A stretch of 64,000 nucleotides of DNA, from NCBI GenBank assembly GCA_963736855.1, contig CAVTQK010000009.1:352001-416000 (forward strand), in the 5' to 3' direction. Position 1 is the stretch's first letter. The number at the start of each line of letters is the position of its first letter. Made by a program: the position numbers and the translations under genes. The notes below the pieces were generated by a model. That model did not search any database and was not told where the DNA came from. It saw only the letters and a program-made list of their open reading frames with translations. This document shows positions 19,772 through 29,974 of the stretch, in pieces. Origin of the DNA: an uncultured delta proteobacterium. GTDB lineage: Bacteria; Desulfobacterota; Desulfobacteria; Desulfobacterales; UBA2156.

Positions 19772-20661
19772 TTTTCGTTTTTCAATTGATGGCCGGTCAG
19801 GTTCAAGAATACATCTTCCAGGTTGGGCGAGCGAATGACCATCTCATCCAACCGAGCACCATTTCGCATCAGTACCGCCAAACATGAGTTAACGTCGTCC
19901 GTATGGATAACCACCCGTTCCCGGATCTTTTGAACCGGCCAGGGGAATCCTTCTTGGATTTCCGGAAACCCCGATTGCGGCAGGGAAACAGTCGCCCCTT
20001 TGCAGTGCGCAGACACCAGGGCTTCCGGGGTTCCCCGGGCGATGATTTTTCCATGGTCCATGATGGCCACCTCATCGCAGAGGTGCTGGGCCTCTTCCAT
20101 GTAGTGAGTAGTCAGGACAAGGGTTTTTCCGAGGCGTTTCTGTCTTTCGATGATTTCCCACAGGTCTCTTCGGGCATGGGGATCCAGGCCGGTGGACGGT
20201 TCGTCCAAAAAGAGCAATTCGGGATCGTTGACAAGGGCAAGTGCGAGGAGAAGCCGCTGGCGTTGCCCGCCGGAAATCCTGTCGTTGTACCGGTCGGCGA
20301 TCTCTTCCAGACGGCATTCCCGGATTAACCCCTTCAGGTCACGGCTCTTACGGTATAGCCTCTTAAAGGTCCGAAGGGTCTCTCTGACGGTGAGAAAGGA
20401 AAGCAAAGCGGTCTGCTGAAACTGGATTCCCACCTCCTCGCGAAAGGAAGCCGGACGGGATTGCCCCTTGTATAGAATCTCCCCCGCGCTCTGCGGGAGG
20501 ATCCCCTCGATGATTTCCAGGAGGGTGGTTTTTCCGGCACCATTGGGGCCCAACAACCCGAAACAGGTCCCCTCGTCGACGGCAACACTGACCCCATCCA
20601 CCGCGGCGATTTCTCCGTAGTGTTTCGTAATGTCGATGATCTCCAGAAGCGGCTGCACCAT
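19768..20661 (-). CDS. ABC exporter ATP-binding protein
   Basis: GPNGAGKT, ISGGQRQR, LDEPSTGLD, TTHYMEEA. Confidence 0.93.
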   Translation of the reverse strand: MVQPLLEIIDITKHYGEIAAVDGVSVAVDEGTCFGLLGPNGAGKTTLLEIIEGILPQSAGEILYKGQSRPASFREEVGIQFQQTALLSFLTVRETLRTFKRLYRKSRDLKGLIRECRLEEIADRYNDRISGGQRQRLLLALALVNDPELLFLDEPSTGLDPHARRDLWEIIERQKRLGKTLVLTTHYMEEAQHLCDEVAIMDHGKIIARGTPEALVSAHCKGATVSLPQSGFPEIQEGFPWPVQKIRERVVIHTDDVNSCLAVLMRNGARLDEMVIRSPNLEDVFLNLTGHQLKNEK

Positions 20662-20757
20662 TCAGCTCATCGATAGGGGTTTTCACGCAAGAAGGCCGCC
20701 CAGAACCTGTGCCGGACGGCCTATCCGTTTCTTTTACTTCCCGGGGATATCTCCTCT

Positions 20758-21477
20758 TTAATCGAATGCCATCTCCGTTTTCCAGACTTCCCAGACCTTG
20801 CCGACCAGATCCGGACCCGGCTTGAGGGTCAATTTGCCGGGTTTCCAGCCTGAGGGTGTAGCTTCTTTTCCTTTGGAGTCTCTGACAAGCTGGAATGCCT
20901 GGACTTGCCGCATGGTCTCCTGGATGTTCCGGCCCACCGGCGGAGTCAACACCTCGTATCCTTGCACGACACCTTCGGGATCGATAATGAACCTGCCGCG
21001 GGTTTCGACACCGGCATCCTCGTCGAACACGCCGAAGACCTTTCCGACCTTTCCGCCGGCGTCTGAAAGCATCGGGAAGGGAACCCCGCCTTTCACCATT
21101 TTGGACAGCTCGTTGTCATTCCACATTTTATGAACGAAGATACTATCGATGCTCATGGAAAGGACTTCAACACCCAGCTTTTGATAATCCGCATATTTTT
21201 CGGCAACTGCCGAAATTTCGGTGGCTCAGACAAAGGTAAAATCGCCCGGATAAAAACAGAGCAATACCCATTTCCCTAAATATTCCGATAGCTTGACAGA
21301 AACAAACCCGCCCTTGTAGTAAGCGGGCGCTGCAAAATCCGGGGCTTTTTTTCCAACTTGAATCATAGCGGAGACCTCCTTTATCGATGCGATTGGCTTT
21401 TCTTTCTCTTTTTCAACGCCTTCTCCCACCAGTCCGCCGGTGGGCCGCGCACATCCGATCTTCATCTCTTCCGGCAT
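20758..21477 (-). CDS. prxU: Selenocysteine-containing peroxiredoxin (AhpC family); in-frame TGA at 21226-21228
   Basis: ORFs 21226-21483 and 20758-21156 are in the same frame. Read-through gives [13 protein letters not shown], with TGA at the peroxidatic Cys position of DFTFVCPTE. Confidence 0.92.
21198..21215 (-). promoter_or_regulatory. Bacterial SECIS hairpin
   Basis: mRNA UUUCGGC-AGUU-GCCGAAA starts 10 nt after UGA; perfect 7-bp stem with G in the apical loop. Confidence 0.75.
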
Positions 21478-21509
21478 AAGCACCTCCTGTTCTGAATTTT
21501 AACCCGAGA

Positions 21510-22049
21510 CTATTTTCCCGCTTGACCAACGGCAAACCCGCTGGGCACCAGACCGGTTGAGGAGGGCGTTCCGGCGATTTTCGCCAGGAAGGTTTCCCCG
21601 AGCTTCTTGATATGGTTGTCGATATTGTCGAAATAGGTGAAATGGATCTGCTCTTCAGCAATGATGTCTTCGAAAAGCTTCATGCTGATGCTGTCGCCGC
21701 TGTCCCGACAGGTGAGGAGAAACTGATTATAGACATCGATGGTATCATCTTCGAGGGTGGCGTCGAACGGGAAGATCACTTCCACCTTCTGTCCTTTTTC
21801 AATCTTGCCGTCATGTCCGGTCACCGGCTCGCCGCCCAGTTCCTTGATGCGCTCGGCAAACATCTCCGCGTGTCTCATTTCATCGATGGCGATGAGCTTC
21901 ATTTTGGCTGCCAGCTCTCCGTAATCCATATTGTCCAGATTGTAGTGCTGATTCATGTACTGATAAATCGCCTTCAATTCCATGGCGCGCGCCTGGTTCA
22001 ACACTTCAATGACCTTTTCCTTTTTTTTCCCCCTTTGCGTGTTTCCCAT
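21510..22049 (-). CDS. bfr: Bacterioferritin
   Basis: ELKAIYQY..H, IDEMRHAE..ERI..LGG.P and EEQIH ferroxidase motifs; AAGGAG SD. Confidence 0.85.
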   Translation of the reverse strand: MGNTQRGKKKEKVIEVLNQARAMELKAIYQYMNQHYNLDNMDYGELAAKMKLIAIDEMRHAEMFAERIKELGGEPVTGHDGKIEKGQKVEVIFPFDATLEDDTIDVYNQFLLTCRDSGDSISMKLFEDIIAEEQIHFTYFDNIDNHIKKLGETFLAKIAGTPSSTGLVPSGFAVGQAGK

Positions 22050-22175
22050 TGTCTTTCTCCTTTGATCGATTGGCGTTTTGTAAATGGATCGAAATACTAC
22101 CTTAAAAGCTTTCCCTGAACAATACCTTTCGCCTCGCTAAAAGGCCTCTACCGTCATGTCTGAAGGTGGAGACCT

Positions 22176-22853
22176 TCAGCCCATCCCAGCATTCAAGGGA
22201 TGGTCGACGATATTAGATTTTTTTCTTTGCTTTGGCAAGCCGGGCCAAGGCCGCGCGGACCGGCGGTGAGCGCGTTTTGATTGTCCGAAAAAATCTAAAC
22301 GATGGGTCAGGATCTGAAAACCGGTTTCCTCAGCCACCAGTTGCGTCAGGTCTTCAAGGTCGTCCAGTGCCGGATCGACGATGGTTCCGCACTTGATGCA
22401 GATCACATGAGGATGCGGATAGGGCCTGTTTCCGTCGTATCGGTTGCTACCGTCCGGAAAACCGAGTTCCAGGACTTCTCCAAAGGATTTTAAAAGAAGG
22501 ATATTGCGATAGACCGTAGCGAGGCTCATGGTGGGAAAAGTCATTTTGAGCTGTTCAAAGATCTCCTCCACGCTCGGGTGTCCCTTGCTGAGAGCCAGTA
22601 TTTTCGCTATGGCCAGGCGCTGAGACGTCAGCTTCAAACTTGATGACTTCGTAAAAAGCCCATCTGCTGCGTTGCACTGCATCCTTCGTCATTGCGGCGT
22701 ACCCATATGTACGCCTCATTCCTCAGGATTTGCGCGCCTTGCATCTGAAGCTTTTTACTTTGCCATCCTAATTTTGAGTTTTTACGATTTCATCAAAATT
22801 CCCTTGCGAAACTTTTCGACGATTATCGCATATCGCTCTTCTGGATTAGCCAT
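22176..22853 (-). pseudogene. perR: Fur/PerR-family repressor interrupted by a MITE near its 5' end; C-terminus also aberrant
   Basis: ATG 22853 gives MANPEERYAIIVEKFRKGI, then the MITE, then LKLTSQRLAI..HPSVEEIF..SLATVYRN..RYD..HPHVICIKCG. The terminal CxxC is not in frame. Located upstream of bfr-prxU. Confidence 0.8.
22642..22794. mobile_element. 153-bp MITE-like element, copy 1
   Basis: Ends GATGACTTCGTAAAAAG / GTTTTTACGATTTCATC (imperfect TIR); flanks AAACTT / AAAATT; near-identical to 35240-35392 and 44763-44915. Confidence 0.88.
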
Positions 22854-22872
22854 TTCGATGCTAGAAAAAATA

Positions 22873-22933
22873 AATAGTTATTATTCTTAAAAGATAATAA
22901 TTATTATTTATTATTGAATTCAAATCAAGTCAA
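22873..22933 (-). promoter_or_regulatory. Promoter with Fur/Per-box-like operator upstream of perR
   Basis: TTGACT (-35, 22933-22928), AT-rich -10 region, perfect palindrome ATAATAATTATTAT at 22894-22907. Confidence 0.55.
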
Positions 22934-22991
22934 GCGGTTTTTTAGGGTGCTTGCGGATCCGTTCGAGGCGTTTTACCGGAACAAAGCTTCC

Positions 22992-24108
22992 TTAAGGGTT
23001 TATCGGCCCGGAATCCGGACGCGGTACCGGGAGGGTTGAGGCAGGCATTTCGATCCCATTATCATCGGCCTGGCGCTGATACAAGATGGATGACACCGGA
23101 ACCAGCGTCACTCCTTCTGCAATTTGAGGAAGTCGGGCCTGAAGCACCCGGTAGGTCGCCTCATTGGGATGGGCGATCCCGATGGCCGTGCCCTTTCGCC
23201 GGGCGTATTCCAAGAGTCGATCGATCTGTTTTTCCACAAACGCTGTCTTCGGGATGTGATCCAAGAAATACATCGCGCTGGGCAAAATCAAGATTTACGG
23301 TCCGGGCGATATCCCCGGCCACGCTCCGGGGAGTGGTGAGGCTGTCTACAAAGAACATCCCTCTTTCCTTGAGTATGGAGAAAAGAATCGTCATTCGATC
23401 CCGATCCGAAGTGATCCGGGACCCCATGTGGTTGTTAACCCCCTTGATGGAAGGAACTGCCTCGAGATCGTCGAAGAGCTGTTTCACAAACGCTTCCGGA
23501 GTCATGTCCATGAGTAGCGCCCCCGGACCCGGGTCTACCTTTGGATACTCTCTGGGCTCCATAGGAAGATGGAGAATGATTTCGTTTCCAGCGAGAGACG
23601 CCGAACGGGTGATCTCTTTTTGAAAGGGGCTGTGCGGTAGAACGGAAAGGGTGAGCGCAACGCCCAGATCGATGAATGCCTGGGCCTGTTGTCGATCATA
23701 ACCCAGGTCGTCGATAATGATGGCGACTTTTGGAATCCGGTCCGGGGTGTGGACTTCCGGAAAAGGAACATCATCCTTTTCCAGCGCCGTGTCTTCGGGA
23801 AAGATTTCGAATGGGGGAATGGCATCCGATGGCAATCGATCCCCGTTTTTCAGGGTTTCTCCAGGATGCGTCTTAAACGACACATGTTGCCGTTCCATTC
23901 CAAGCAAAAACAGCACGGACAGCGCCACCAACAGGAGGAGAACGGTCCAGGTCCCGATAAACAGAAGGATGGCCGTGCGTCGGGATTTGAAGCGCTTCAA
24001 TCCGCCCGAAAGTCTATCGTCCTTTCCGGCAATCGTGGCCACCTCACGGGAGCCTTTTTTCCTATCCCCGGATTTTCTTGAAGATCTCGAAACTGATGAG
24101 GGTTTCAA
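22992..24108 (-). CDS. Divergent polysaccharide deacetylase (YibQ family); +1 frameshift near 23262
   Basis: AIIIDDLG, LHLPMEP, GVNNHMGS, FVDSLT, RDVFL|D, AIGIAHP across ORFs 23161-24108 and 22992-23291. Confidence 0.85.
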
Positions 24109-25429
24109 GCGCCCGCCGGATCTGATAATCCTTTTTGAGCGCTTCGACGTCCAGGGACCCGAAGCGCGACCGGTTTTCTTTCATCTTTTCCTTATCCTGC
24201 ATGGAATCCTCCTTTGAATCCCGGCCTTCTTCTTTCTCATCCGGCGCAGCCTCGAGATGGTTTTTCAGATCTTTTTCCCTTAATAGTCCGGATCCCGGCC
24301 CCTCTTTTTTCTTTTCCTGGATAGCGATGGGCTTGACCTCAATATCCGGGACAATACCCTGGGCCTGAATGGATCTGCCGCTGGGTGTGTAATAAAGGGC
24401 AATGGTGTATTTAAGGCCATAGCCGTCCCTGAGCGCTTCCACCGTCTGGACCGAACCCTTCCCGAAAGACGTCGTTCCCATGATCACCGCCTTTTTCTGG
24501 TCCTGGAGGGCACCGGCCACGATCTCGGAGGCACTGGCACTCCCTTCGTTGATCAAAACCACAATGGGATATTTTCGTGCTTCCGCGTCGCGATGGGCGT
24601 TGTAAACCTTGTTATGTTTTGCACCCCGGCCTTTGATGGAAACAATGACGCCTTCTTCAACAAACAGGTCGGTCACATCAATGGCCTGGTTCAACAGTCC
24701 CCCGGGATTATCCCGAAGATCGAGTACAAGTCCCTTGAATCCCCCTTTATCGGACTCCAATTCCTTTAGGGCAGCAATGAGGTCTCTGGTGGTATTTTCG
24801 TTGAAATTGGTAATCCGGATATAACCATATCCGGGAGACAAGATTTTGTGTTTGATACTTTCAATGGGAATGATATCCCTGACCAGAGTATATTCTTTGG
24901 GCTCGGCTTGTCCTTCCCTGAAAATGGTGATTCGGACGGTGGTTTTCTTGGGACCCCGCATCTTCTTGACCGCTTCCCAAAGCGCCATACCCTTGGTGGA
25001 ATCGTCGTTGATTTTAATGATCTGGTCCCCGGCTTTTATTCCTGCCTTATGGGCCGGCGTCCCTTCAATGGGCGAGATGACGGTGAGAACCCCTTTTTCA
25101 AGGCTGATCACGATACCGACCCCTCCGAATTCACCTCGGGTGTCGACCTGAAGCTCGTTGAACGCTTCAGGGGGAAGAAAGGCTGAATGCGGATCCAGAC
25201 TGTTCACCATGCCTTGAATGGCCTTGTTGATCAAATCCTTTGAATCGACCGGATCCACGTAATTTTTCTCGATCAGCTCGATGACGTCGGAAAAAATCTT
25301 GAGACCCTTGTAGGTTTCTTCATTCCCTGTCGAGGGATTGCGTGCCATCGATGGCGCGATTGCCCAGCATACCGCAACGATCCCGACAATCAGGCACCAT
25401 TTCCACGGATTCATTTTTTTAAGAGTCAT
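24062..25429 (-). CDS. ctpA: Carboxy-terminal processing protease (S41, PDZ)
   Basis: LDPHS, DLRDNPGGLL, SASASEIVAGALQD, SFGKGSVQ. Confidence 0.93.
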   Translation of the reverse strand: MTLKKMNPWKWCLIVGIVAVCWAIAPSMARNPSTGNEETYKGLKIFSDVIELIEKNYVDPVDSKDLINKAIQGMVNSLDPHSAFLPPEAFNELQVDTRGEFGGVGIVISLEKGVLTVISPIEGTPAHKAGIKAGDQIIKINDDSTKGMALWEAVKKMRGPKKTTVRITIFREGQAEPKEYTLVRDIIPIESIKHKILSPGYGYIRITNFNENTTRDLIAALKELESDKGGFKGLVLDLRDNPGGLLNQAIDVTDLFVEEGVIVSIKGRGAKHNKVYNAHRDAEARKYPIVVLINEGSASASEIVAGALQDQKKAVIMGTTSFGKGSVQTVEALRDGYGLKYTIALYYTPSGRSIQAQGIVPDIEVKPIAIQEKKKEGPGSGLLREKDLKNHLEAAPDEKEEGRDSKEDSMQDKEKMKENRSRFGSLDVEALKKDYQIRRALETLISFEIFKKIRG

Positions 25430-25441
25430 GGAATTCTCCTT

Positions 25442-26860
25442 TTAATTCATTTTCAGCCAGGTCAAAGGATCAACGGGTTTTTCATGCTGGCGAATTTCAA
25501 AATACAGGTTCGCCCTCTCACGGGAACCGGGGACTCCAACAGTGGCAATGACTTCCCCGGTTTCAACCCTTTCCTCCTTTTGCTTGAATAATTCCAAAGC
25601 ATGGGCGTACACCGTGAAAAAACCATCCCCATGTTCGATGATGATCAGGTTCCCATAGCCCCTGAACCAGTCTGAAAAAATGACCTTTCCATTGAAGACC
25701 GCTTTTACGGGAAATCCCCTTCCTGCTTCGATTTCGATCCCATTACGCTGAGCGTCCATCTGGAGATGGGGAATCTTGTAAACCCCGAATCGTCCGATTA
25801 TCTTACCTTCAACAGGCATTTCAAGCAACCCTTTCATGGCAGAAAAAGAGCCGGTTTCCGATATTGCCGGTTCGATACTTGTTGCTCGGCGCCGAAGGGC
25901 CTTCAGGGTGTCTTCCAGCCGGTCGGCGGAACACTTAAGATCTTGAACGGCAGCCAGTTGAAGGGTCTTTTGACTCCGGATTTCTTCCAGCAGGCTCGCC
26001 CGTTTGGCTTTTTCCGCGGCCATGGTTTGCATTTGAAGTCGGTGCGTCTGTTCCAGGGTTTGTTTCTCCTGTCTGTTTTTCTTTAAATCATTGAGTGTCA
26101 GGTTCAGCATCCGGCTCTTTTCGGAAAGAATGGAAAGGATGGTCTCGTCTTGTGCCAGAATCCGCCTGAACCCCTCTTCCATGTAGAGATATTCATGAAC
26201 GGATCGGGCTGAAATCAGGTAATGAAAGCTTCCTACCTGGCTCAGTTTGTAAAGGGCCGTAAGCCTTTTTAAGGCATGATCCCGGATCCCTTCCACCTGT
26301 TGGGTTAATTTTAATGAATGCTTTTCAAGAGCATCAATCTTTTTTTGAAGCCCGTCCATCTGAGACTGGATGCGGATCCGCTGCTGATCCATGCGATTCA
26401 AGGCATGCTCGGTTTCGTTGAGGGTGTCCATTACCTCGGATTCTCTGCCTGAGAGATTGCGCACCTTCCCCTGGACCATTTCGATTTCATGCTCGATGTG
26501 GGAAGCCCTCTCTTCCAGCAGCCGAATACAGGCCTTGTCTGGATCTGTTTTGAGATCCCCCGAAAGGATTTTCATATATTCAGGCAAATAGCGCACATAC
26601 CCCGTTGTTTGACCATGAAGCACTCGAAGCCAACCCTTTTTCTTACCCAATATCATCACACAGGTACCGGATTCCAGGATACCGACGGAAGAATGCATAA
26701 TACCAGGGCCACCCCTCAAGATCAGCCGACTCGCCAGGACGATTCCCACCGGTGTCGCCTTCTCCGCTCCGAGGGATGCATACACGGTGCCGAGAACCAC
26801 CAAGGTGCATGCGATCAGCGCTTTAGAAATCCTTTGAGTGAAAGGTAGCATCCGATCCAT
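25442..26860 (-). CDS. envC: EnvC-like murein hydrolase activator (SH3b + coiled coil + M23/LytM)
   Basis: Long coiled coil, GYGNLIIIEHG, YAH, LYFEIR; follows ftsEX. The start is uncertain. Confidence 0.8.
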   Translation of the reverse strand: MDRMLPFTQRISKALIACTLVVLGTVYASLGAEKATPVGIVLASRLILRGGPGIMHSSVGILESGTCVMILGKKKGWLRVLHGQTTGYVRYLPEYMKILSGDLKTDPDKACIRLLEERASHIEHEIEMVQGKVRNLSGRESEVMDTLNETEHALNRMDQQRIRIQSQMDGLQKKIDALEKHSLKLTQQVEGIRDHALKRLTALYKLSQVGSFHYLISARSVHEYLYMEEGFRRILAQDETILSILSEKSRMLNLTLNDLKKNRQEKQTLEQTHRLQMQTMAAEKAKRASLLEEIRSQKTLQLAAVQDLKCSADRLEDTLKALRRRATSIEPAISETGSFSAMKGLLEMPVEGKIIGRFGVYKIPHLQMDAQRNGIEIEAGRGFPVKAVFNGKVIFSDWFRGYGNLIIIEHGDGFFTVYAHALELFKQKEERVETGEVIATVGVPGSRERANLYFEIRQHEKPVDPLTWLKMN

Positions 26861-27693
26861 CCCACCAGCATAGTACACGCCATGATCGAAAGTATCATTA
26901 TCGGGGAAAAATACCGGATGCCTTTAAAACCGATCGGAAGGTGTTCCCCGATGCGAATGGAGGCGACTCTGAATAATCCGTAAAGGATGGCAAGACCCAA
27001 AGCGCCGCCGAGAAAACCCTGAATCAACCCCTGAATATAAAACGGCAATTTAATAAAGTGATCCGATGCACCGATGAGACGCATGATCTCGATTTCCTGT
27101 TGCCGGGAATAAAGCATCAGCCGGATGGTGTTAGCCACGATGAAGATGGCGGCCATGATAAAAAGCCCCCCCATGGCCATCCCTGCGACACGAAAAAGAT
27201 TCATCAATCCTGTGAATCGATCCAACCAGATCTTCCCGTAGGTCACCTCTTCGACCGATTCCATCTTTTGTATTGCTGAAAGGATCTCATCGATCCGAAC
27301 CGGTTCCAGAAAGGCGGCATCCAGACTGACTTCAAAGGTATCGGGAAGCGGGTTTTTATCCAAATCCGCCAGGATGGCCTCAAGGATCTTCATCCGCTCC
27401 TTCATTCGGACCAGTCCTTCTTCTTTGGAAATAAATGCGATTCCTGAAATACCTTTTATCCGTCGGATTTGATCTTCCAGGGTCCGCCGGTTTTCATCAG
27501 ACACGCCAGCCTTGAGATAAACCAAAACCCGAATGCCGTGTCGCCATTTATCCATGAGTTCGTTTAAATTGACCGCAAAAAGACCAAAGGCACTCACCAT
27601 CATCACGGCCAGGGCTATCGTGATGATGGTGATGGTGTTTAGGAATTTCTTGGCCGAAATGTCCTTCTGGGCTCTTTGCCAAAAACGATACAT
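26815..27693 (-). CDS. ftsX: Cell division permease FtsX
   Basis: NPLPDTF, NTIRL..RQQEIEIMRLIGA..FIKLPF; follows ftsE. Confidence 0.92.
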   Translation of the reverse strand: MYRFWQRAQKDISAKKFLNTITIITIALAVMMVSAFGLFAVNLNELMDKWRHGIRVLVYLKAGVSDENRRTLEDQIRRIKGISGIAFISKEEGLVRMKERMKILEAILADLDKNPLPDTFEVSLDAAFLEPVRIDEILSAIQKMESVEEVTYGKIWLDRFTGLMNLFRVAGMAMGGLFIMAAIFIVANTIRLMLYSRQQEIEIMRLIGASDHFIKLPFYIQGLIQGFLGGALGLAILYGLFRVASIRIGEHLPIGFKGIRYFSPIMILSIMACTMLVGWIGCYLSLKGFLKR

Positions 27694-27721
27694 CTTATTT
27701 ATGGTCAGATCACCCGCCCCG

Positions 27722-28405
27722 TCACGGGTTGGCGTCCAGCCGTCCCTGATCCAGGTGGATCACCCGGCTGCCGGCGTTTCGGATCAGTTCTTGGTCGTGC
27801 GTGGCAATGACAAGAGTGGCGCCTTTCTGGTGATATCGGTTCAACAGTGCCAGGATCACACTTGCGGAATCCGGGTCCAGGCTTCCGGTGGGCTCATCGG
27901 CCAGGATAATTTTAGGGTCTCCCACAACAGCTCGTGCCACAGCCACCCGCTGCTGCTCCCCTCCCGACAGGCTTGCCGGAAGCGCATTCGCCTTTTCCTC
28001 CATCCCCGCAAACCTCAAGACGCTCCTGACCCTTTTTTCAATGAACCGACGATGATGTCCCGCCACTTCCAGAACCAGGGCTACGTTTTCAAAAGCCGTC
28101 TTGTCCGGAATCAGTTTGTAATCCTGGAAAATAATCCCCAGCTTGCGCCGAAGCTCGGGGATCCATTTTCGTGAAATTCGCGATAAATTCATGCCGTCAA
28201 CCAGCACTTGTCCTTCCGTCGCCGACTCTCCCAGGTAGATCAGCTTTAAAAGGGTGGTTTTTCCGGCGCCGCTGGCGCCGCTGATAAGGACAAATTCATT
28301 CTCTTGAATTTCAAGGGAGATATCGGTTAAGGCCTTCTTGGGACCGTAAAACTTATGGACATGGTACATGCGGATGATCGGAGGCTTTTCTTCTCCGTCG
28401 GTCAT
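27722..28405 (-). CDS. ftsE: Cell division ATP-binding protein FtsE
   Basis: [39 protein letters not shown]. Confidence 0.93.
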   Translation of the reverse strand: MTDGEEKPPIIRMYHVHKFYGPKKALTDISLEIQENEFVLISGASGAGKTTLLKLIYLGESATEGQVLVDGMNLSRISRKWIPELRRKLGIIFQDYKLIPDKTAFENVALVLEVAGHHRRFIEKRVRSVLRFAGMEEKANALPASLSGGEQQRVAVARAVVGDPKIILADEPTGSLDPDSASVILALLNRYHQKGATLVIATHDQELIRNAGSRVIHLDQGRLDANP

Positions 28406-29784
28406 TCCAGGGTTTCCTGGCCCATTGCCCGATGCAAAGATGCCTTGGCGATCTTGAAGAAGTAAAGTGCCCCGAAGTAGTTGGTCATCGCCCTGGAAAG
28501 GAGTGTCTGGGCATCAAAGACTTCCAGTGAAGTGGCCATCTGGGCCTTGTAGCGCTCCTGGGTGATCCTAAAATTCTCTTTGGCCTGTTCAATGGCTTTT
28601 TGAGCGGTGACGATGGCCTTTTCGGACTCGACGGTATTGAGGTAGGCATCCGTCACCTCCAGACGGATCTGGTCCAAAACCGCCGCCTTTCGGTGCCGAG
28701 CCTGCTGGAGACGACTCAACCTCTCTTTGACACCGTAATGTGTGCGGCCCCACTGCCACAAATCCCATGACGCCACCGCCTTCACATTCCAGCCGCTGGA
28801 GTCGCTGTAAAGGCCCGCGCCGCCGGTGGCATCCCAATCCGTTCCCTCCTGATAATAGGTCCAGTTCAAATACACCGATGGGTAATAATCTTTTTTCGCG
28901 ATCTCCATGTCCTTTTCGGCGAGATCCGCCTCCAGGCCCGCGCGCGTGATCTCGACCCTGGAATCTTCCGCAGTTTTTAAACATTCATTCAGACCTGCGC
29001 TGAAGGACGTGTAGTCCGGGATATCTTCGATGTTCACCGGTTCGGTGACGGGGCGCCGCAAGAGGGTGTTGAGGTTGGCTTTAGCCACATCGACGCTGTT
29101 GGTGGCTGCGATGAATTCCTGCCTATCATTGGCGAGCTCCACCTGGGCCTTCAGGAGATCGTTGAGGGGCGTCATCCCCACTTCATAAAACTGCCGGGCC
29201 ACCTCTTCCTGGTTTTGGCCGAGGGCCACCGCCTCCCGGGCCACTTCCATCAGCTTTTGGGACCGAAGCAGGGTGAAATAAGCCTTCTTGGCCGCCAGGA
29301 TGACATCTTGACGGGTCAGGGTTTCGACAGCCTGGGCAACCTCTAGGCCCATTTTTGAAGCCTCATACCGCCTAAGAATCGAGAAGCCGCTAAACAGAGG
29401 CTGGCTGACGGAAGCGGCAAATGTGTATTTATTTTCAGGCGTAATGATACCAAACCCCGGGATGCTGAACTCCTCATCATTTCCCTGATACTGGTAGGAA
29501 AGATTCGCCGCAGGAAGGAAATAGGATCGAGCGACCCGCCTGGAATATTCAGCAGCTTGAATTTCCTCTTGGGCTGTCTTTAGGTTCAAATTGACATCGA
29601 TGGCCAGTCGGATGGTCTGCTGGAGCGTCAGGATTTGATTTTTTCCTTCCGAGGCAACACTCATTCCCTGAAAGATCCAAATCTCTGCAAACAAGTATAA
29701 CAGGAGAACAAGGGTCTTCATCAAAGGGCTCCGGTTTGACGCCGAAGACCGTTTTTTCATTTTTTTATCCTGTGTCTTTTTCAT
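28402..29784 (-). CDS. TolC-family outer membrane efflux protein
   Basis: Signal peptide and two OEP repeats (QPLFSG, YEVG..LNDLLKAQ, RYKAQ..SLEVFDAQ). The start may be further downstream. Confidence 0.85.
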   Translation of the reverse strand: MKKTQDKKMKKRSSASNRSPLMKTLVLLLYLFAEIWIFQGMSVASEGKNQILTLQQTIRLAIDVNLNLKTAQEEIQAAEYSRRVARSYFLPAANLSYQYQGNDEEFSIPGFGIITPENKYTFAASVSQPLFSGFSILRRYEASKMGLEVAQAVETLTRQDVILAAKKAYFTLLRSQKLMEVAREAVALGQNQEEVARQFYEVGMTPLNDLLKAQVELANDRQEFIAATNSVDVAKANLNTLLRRPVTEPVNIEDIPDYTSFSAGLNECLKTAEDSRVEITRAGLEADLAEKDMEIAKKDYYPSVYLNWTYYQEGTDWDATGGAGLYSDSSGWNVKAVASWDLWQWGRTHYGVKERLSRLQQARHRKAAVLDQIRLEVTDAYLNTVESEKAIVTAQKAIEQAKENFRITQERYKAQMATSLEVFDAQTLLSRAMTNYFGALYFFKIAKASLHRAMGQETLE

Positions 29785-29974
29785 TTGACCCTCAAGTTTG
29801 CAGCTGTTATGGAAGATGCACGAACAGGGAGTGCCGTTATCGGTTTTCCCTGTGCCACGCCTCCACTGAAACCCAATCCATTGGCTTCTTCCATTTCGGT
29901 GGAGGCTTTATTATCCGATTGGTTCCTTTTAATCAACCCCTTCTTGAAGGCATTTGGTAAAGCGGACGGCAAAA

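Noticed and set aside
22672..22890. Short ORFs sharing CILRHCGVP/MQCNAADG sequences (also 35008-35280, 44595-44885)
   Set aside because: They are translations of the 153-bp MITE, not a protein family.
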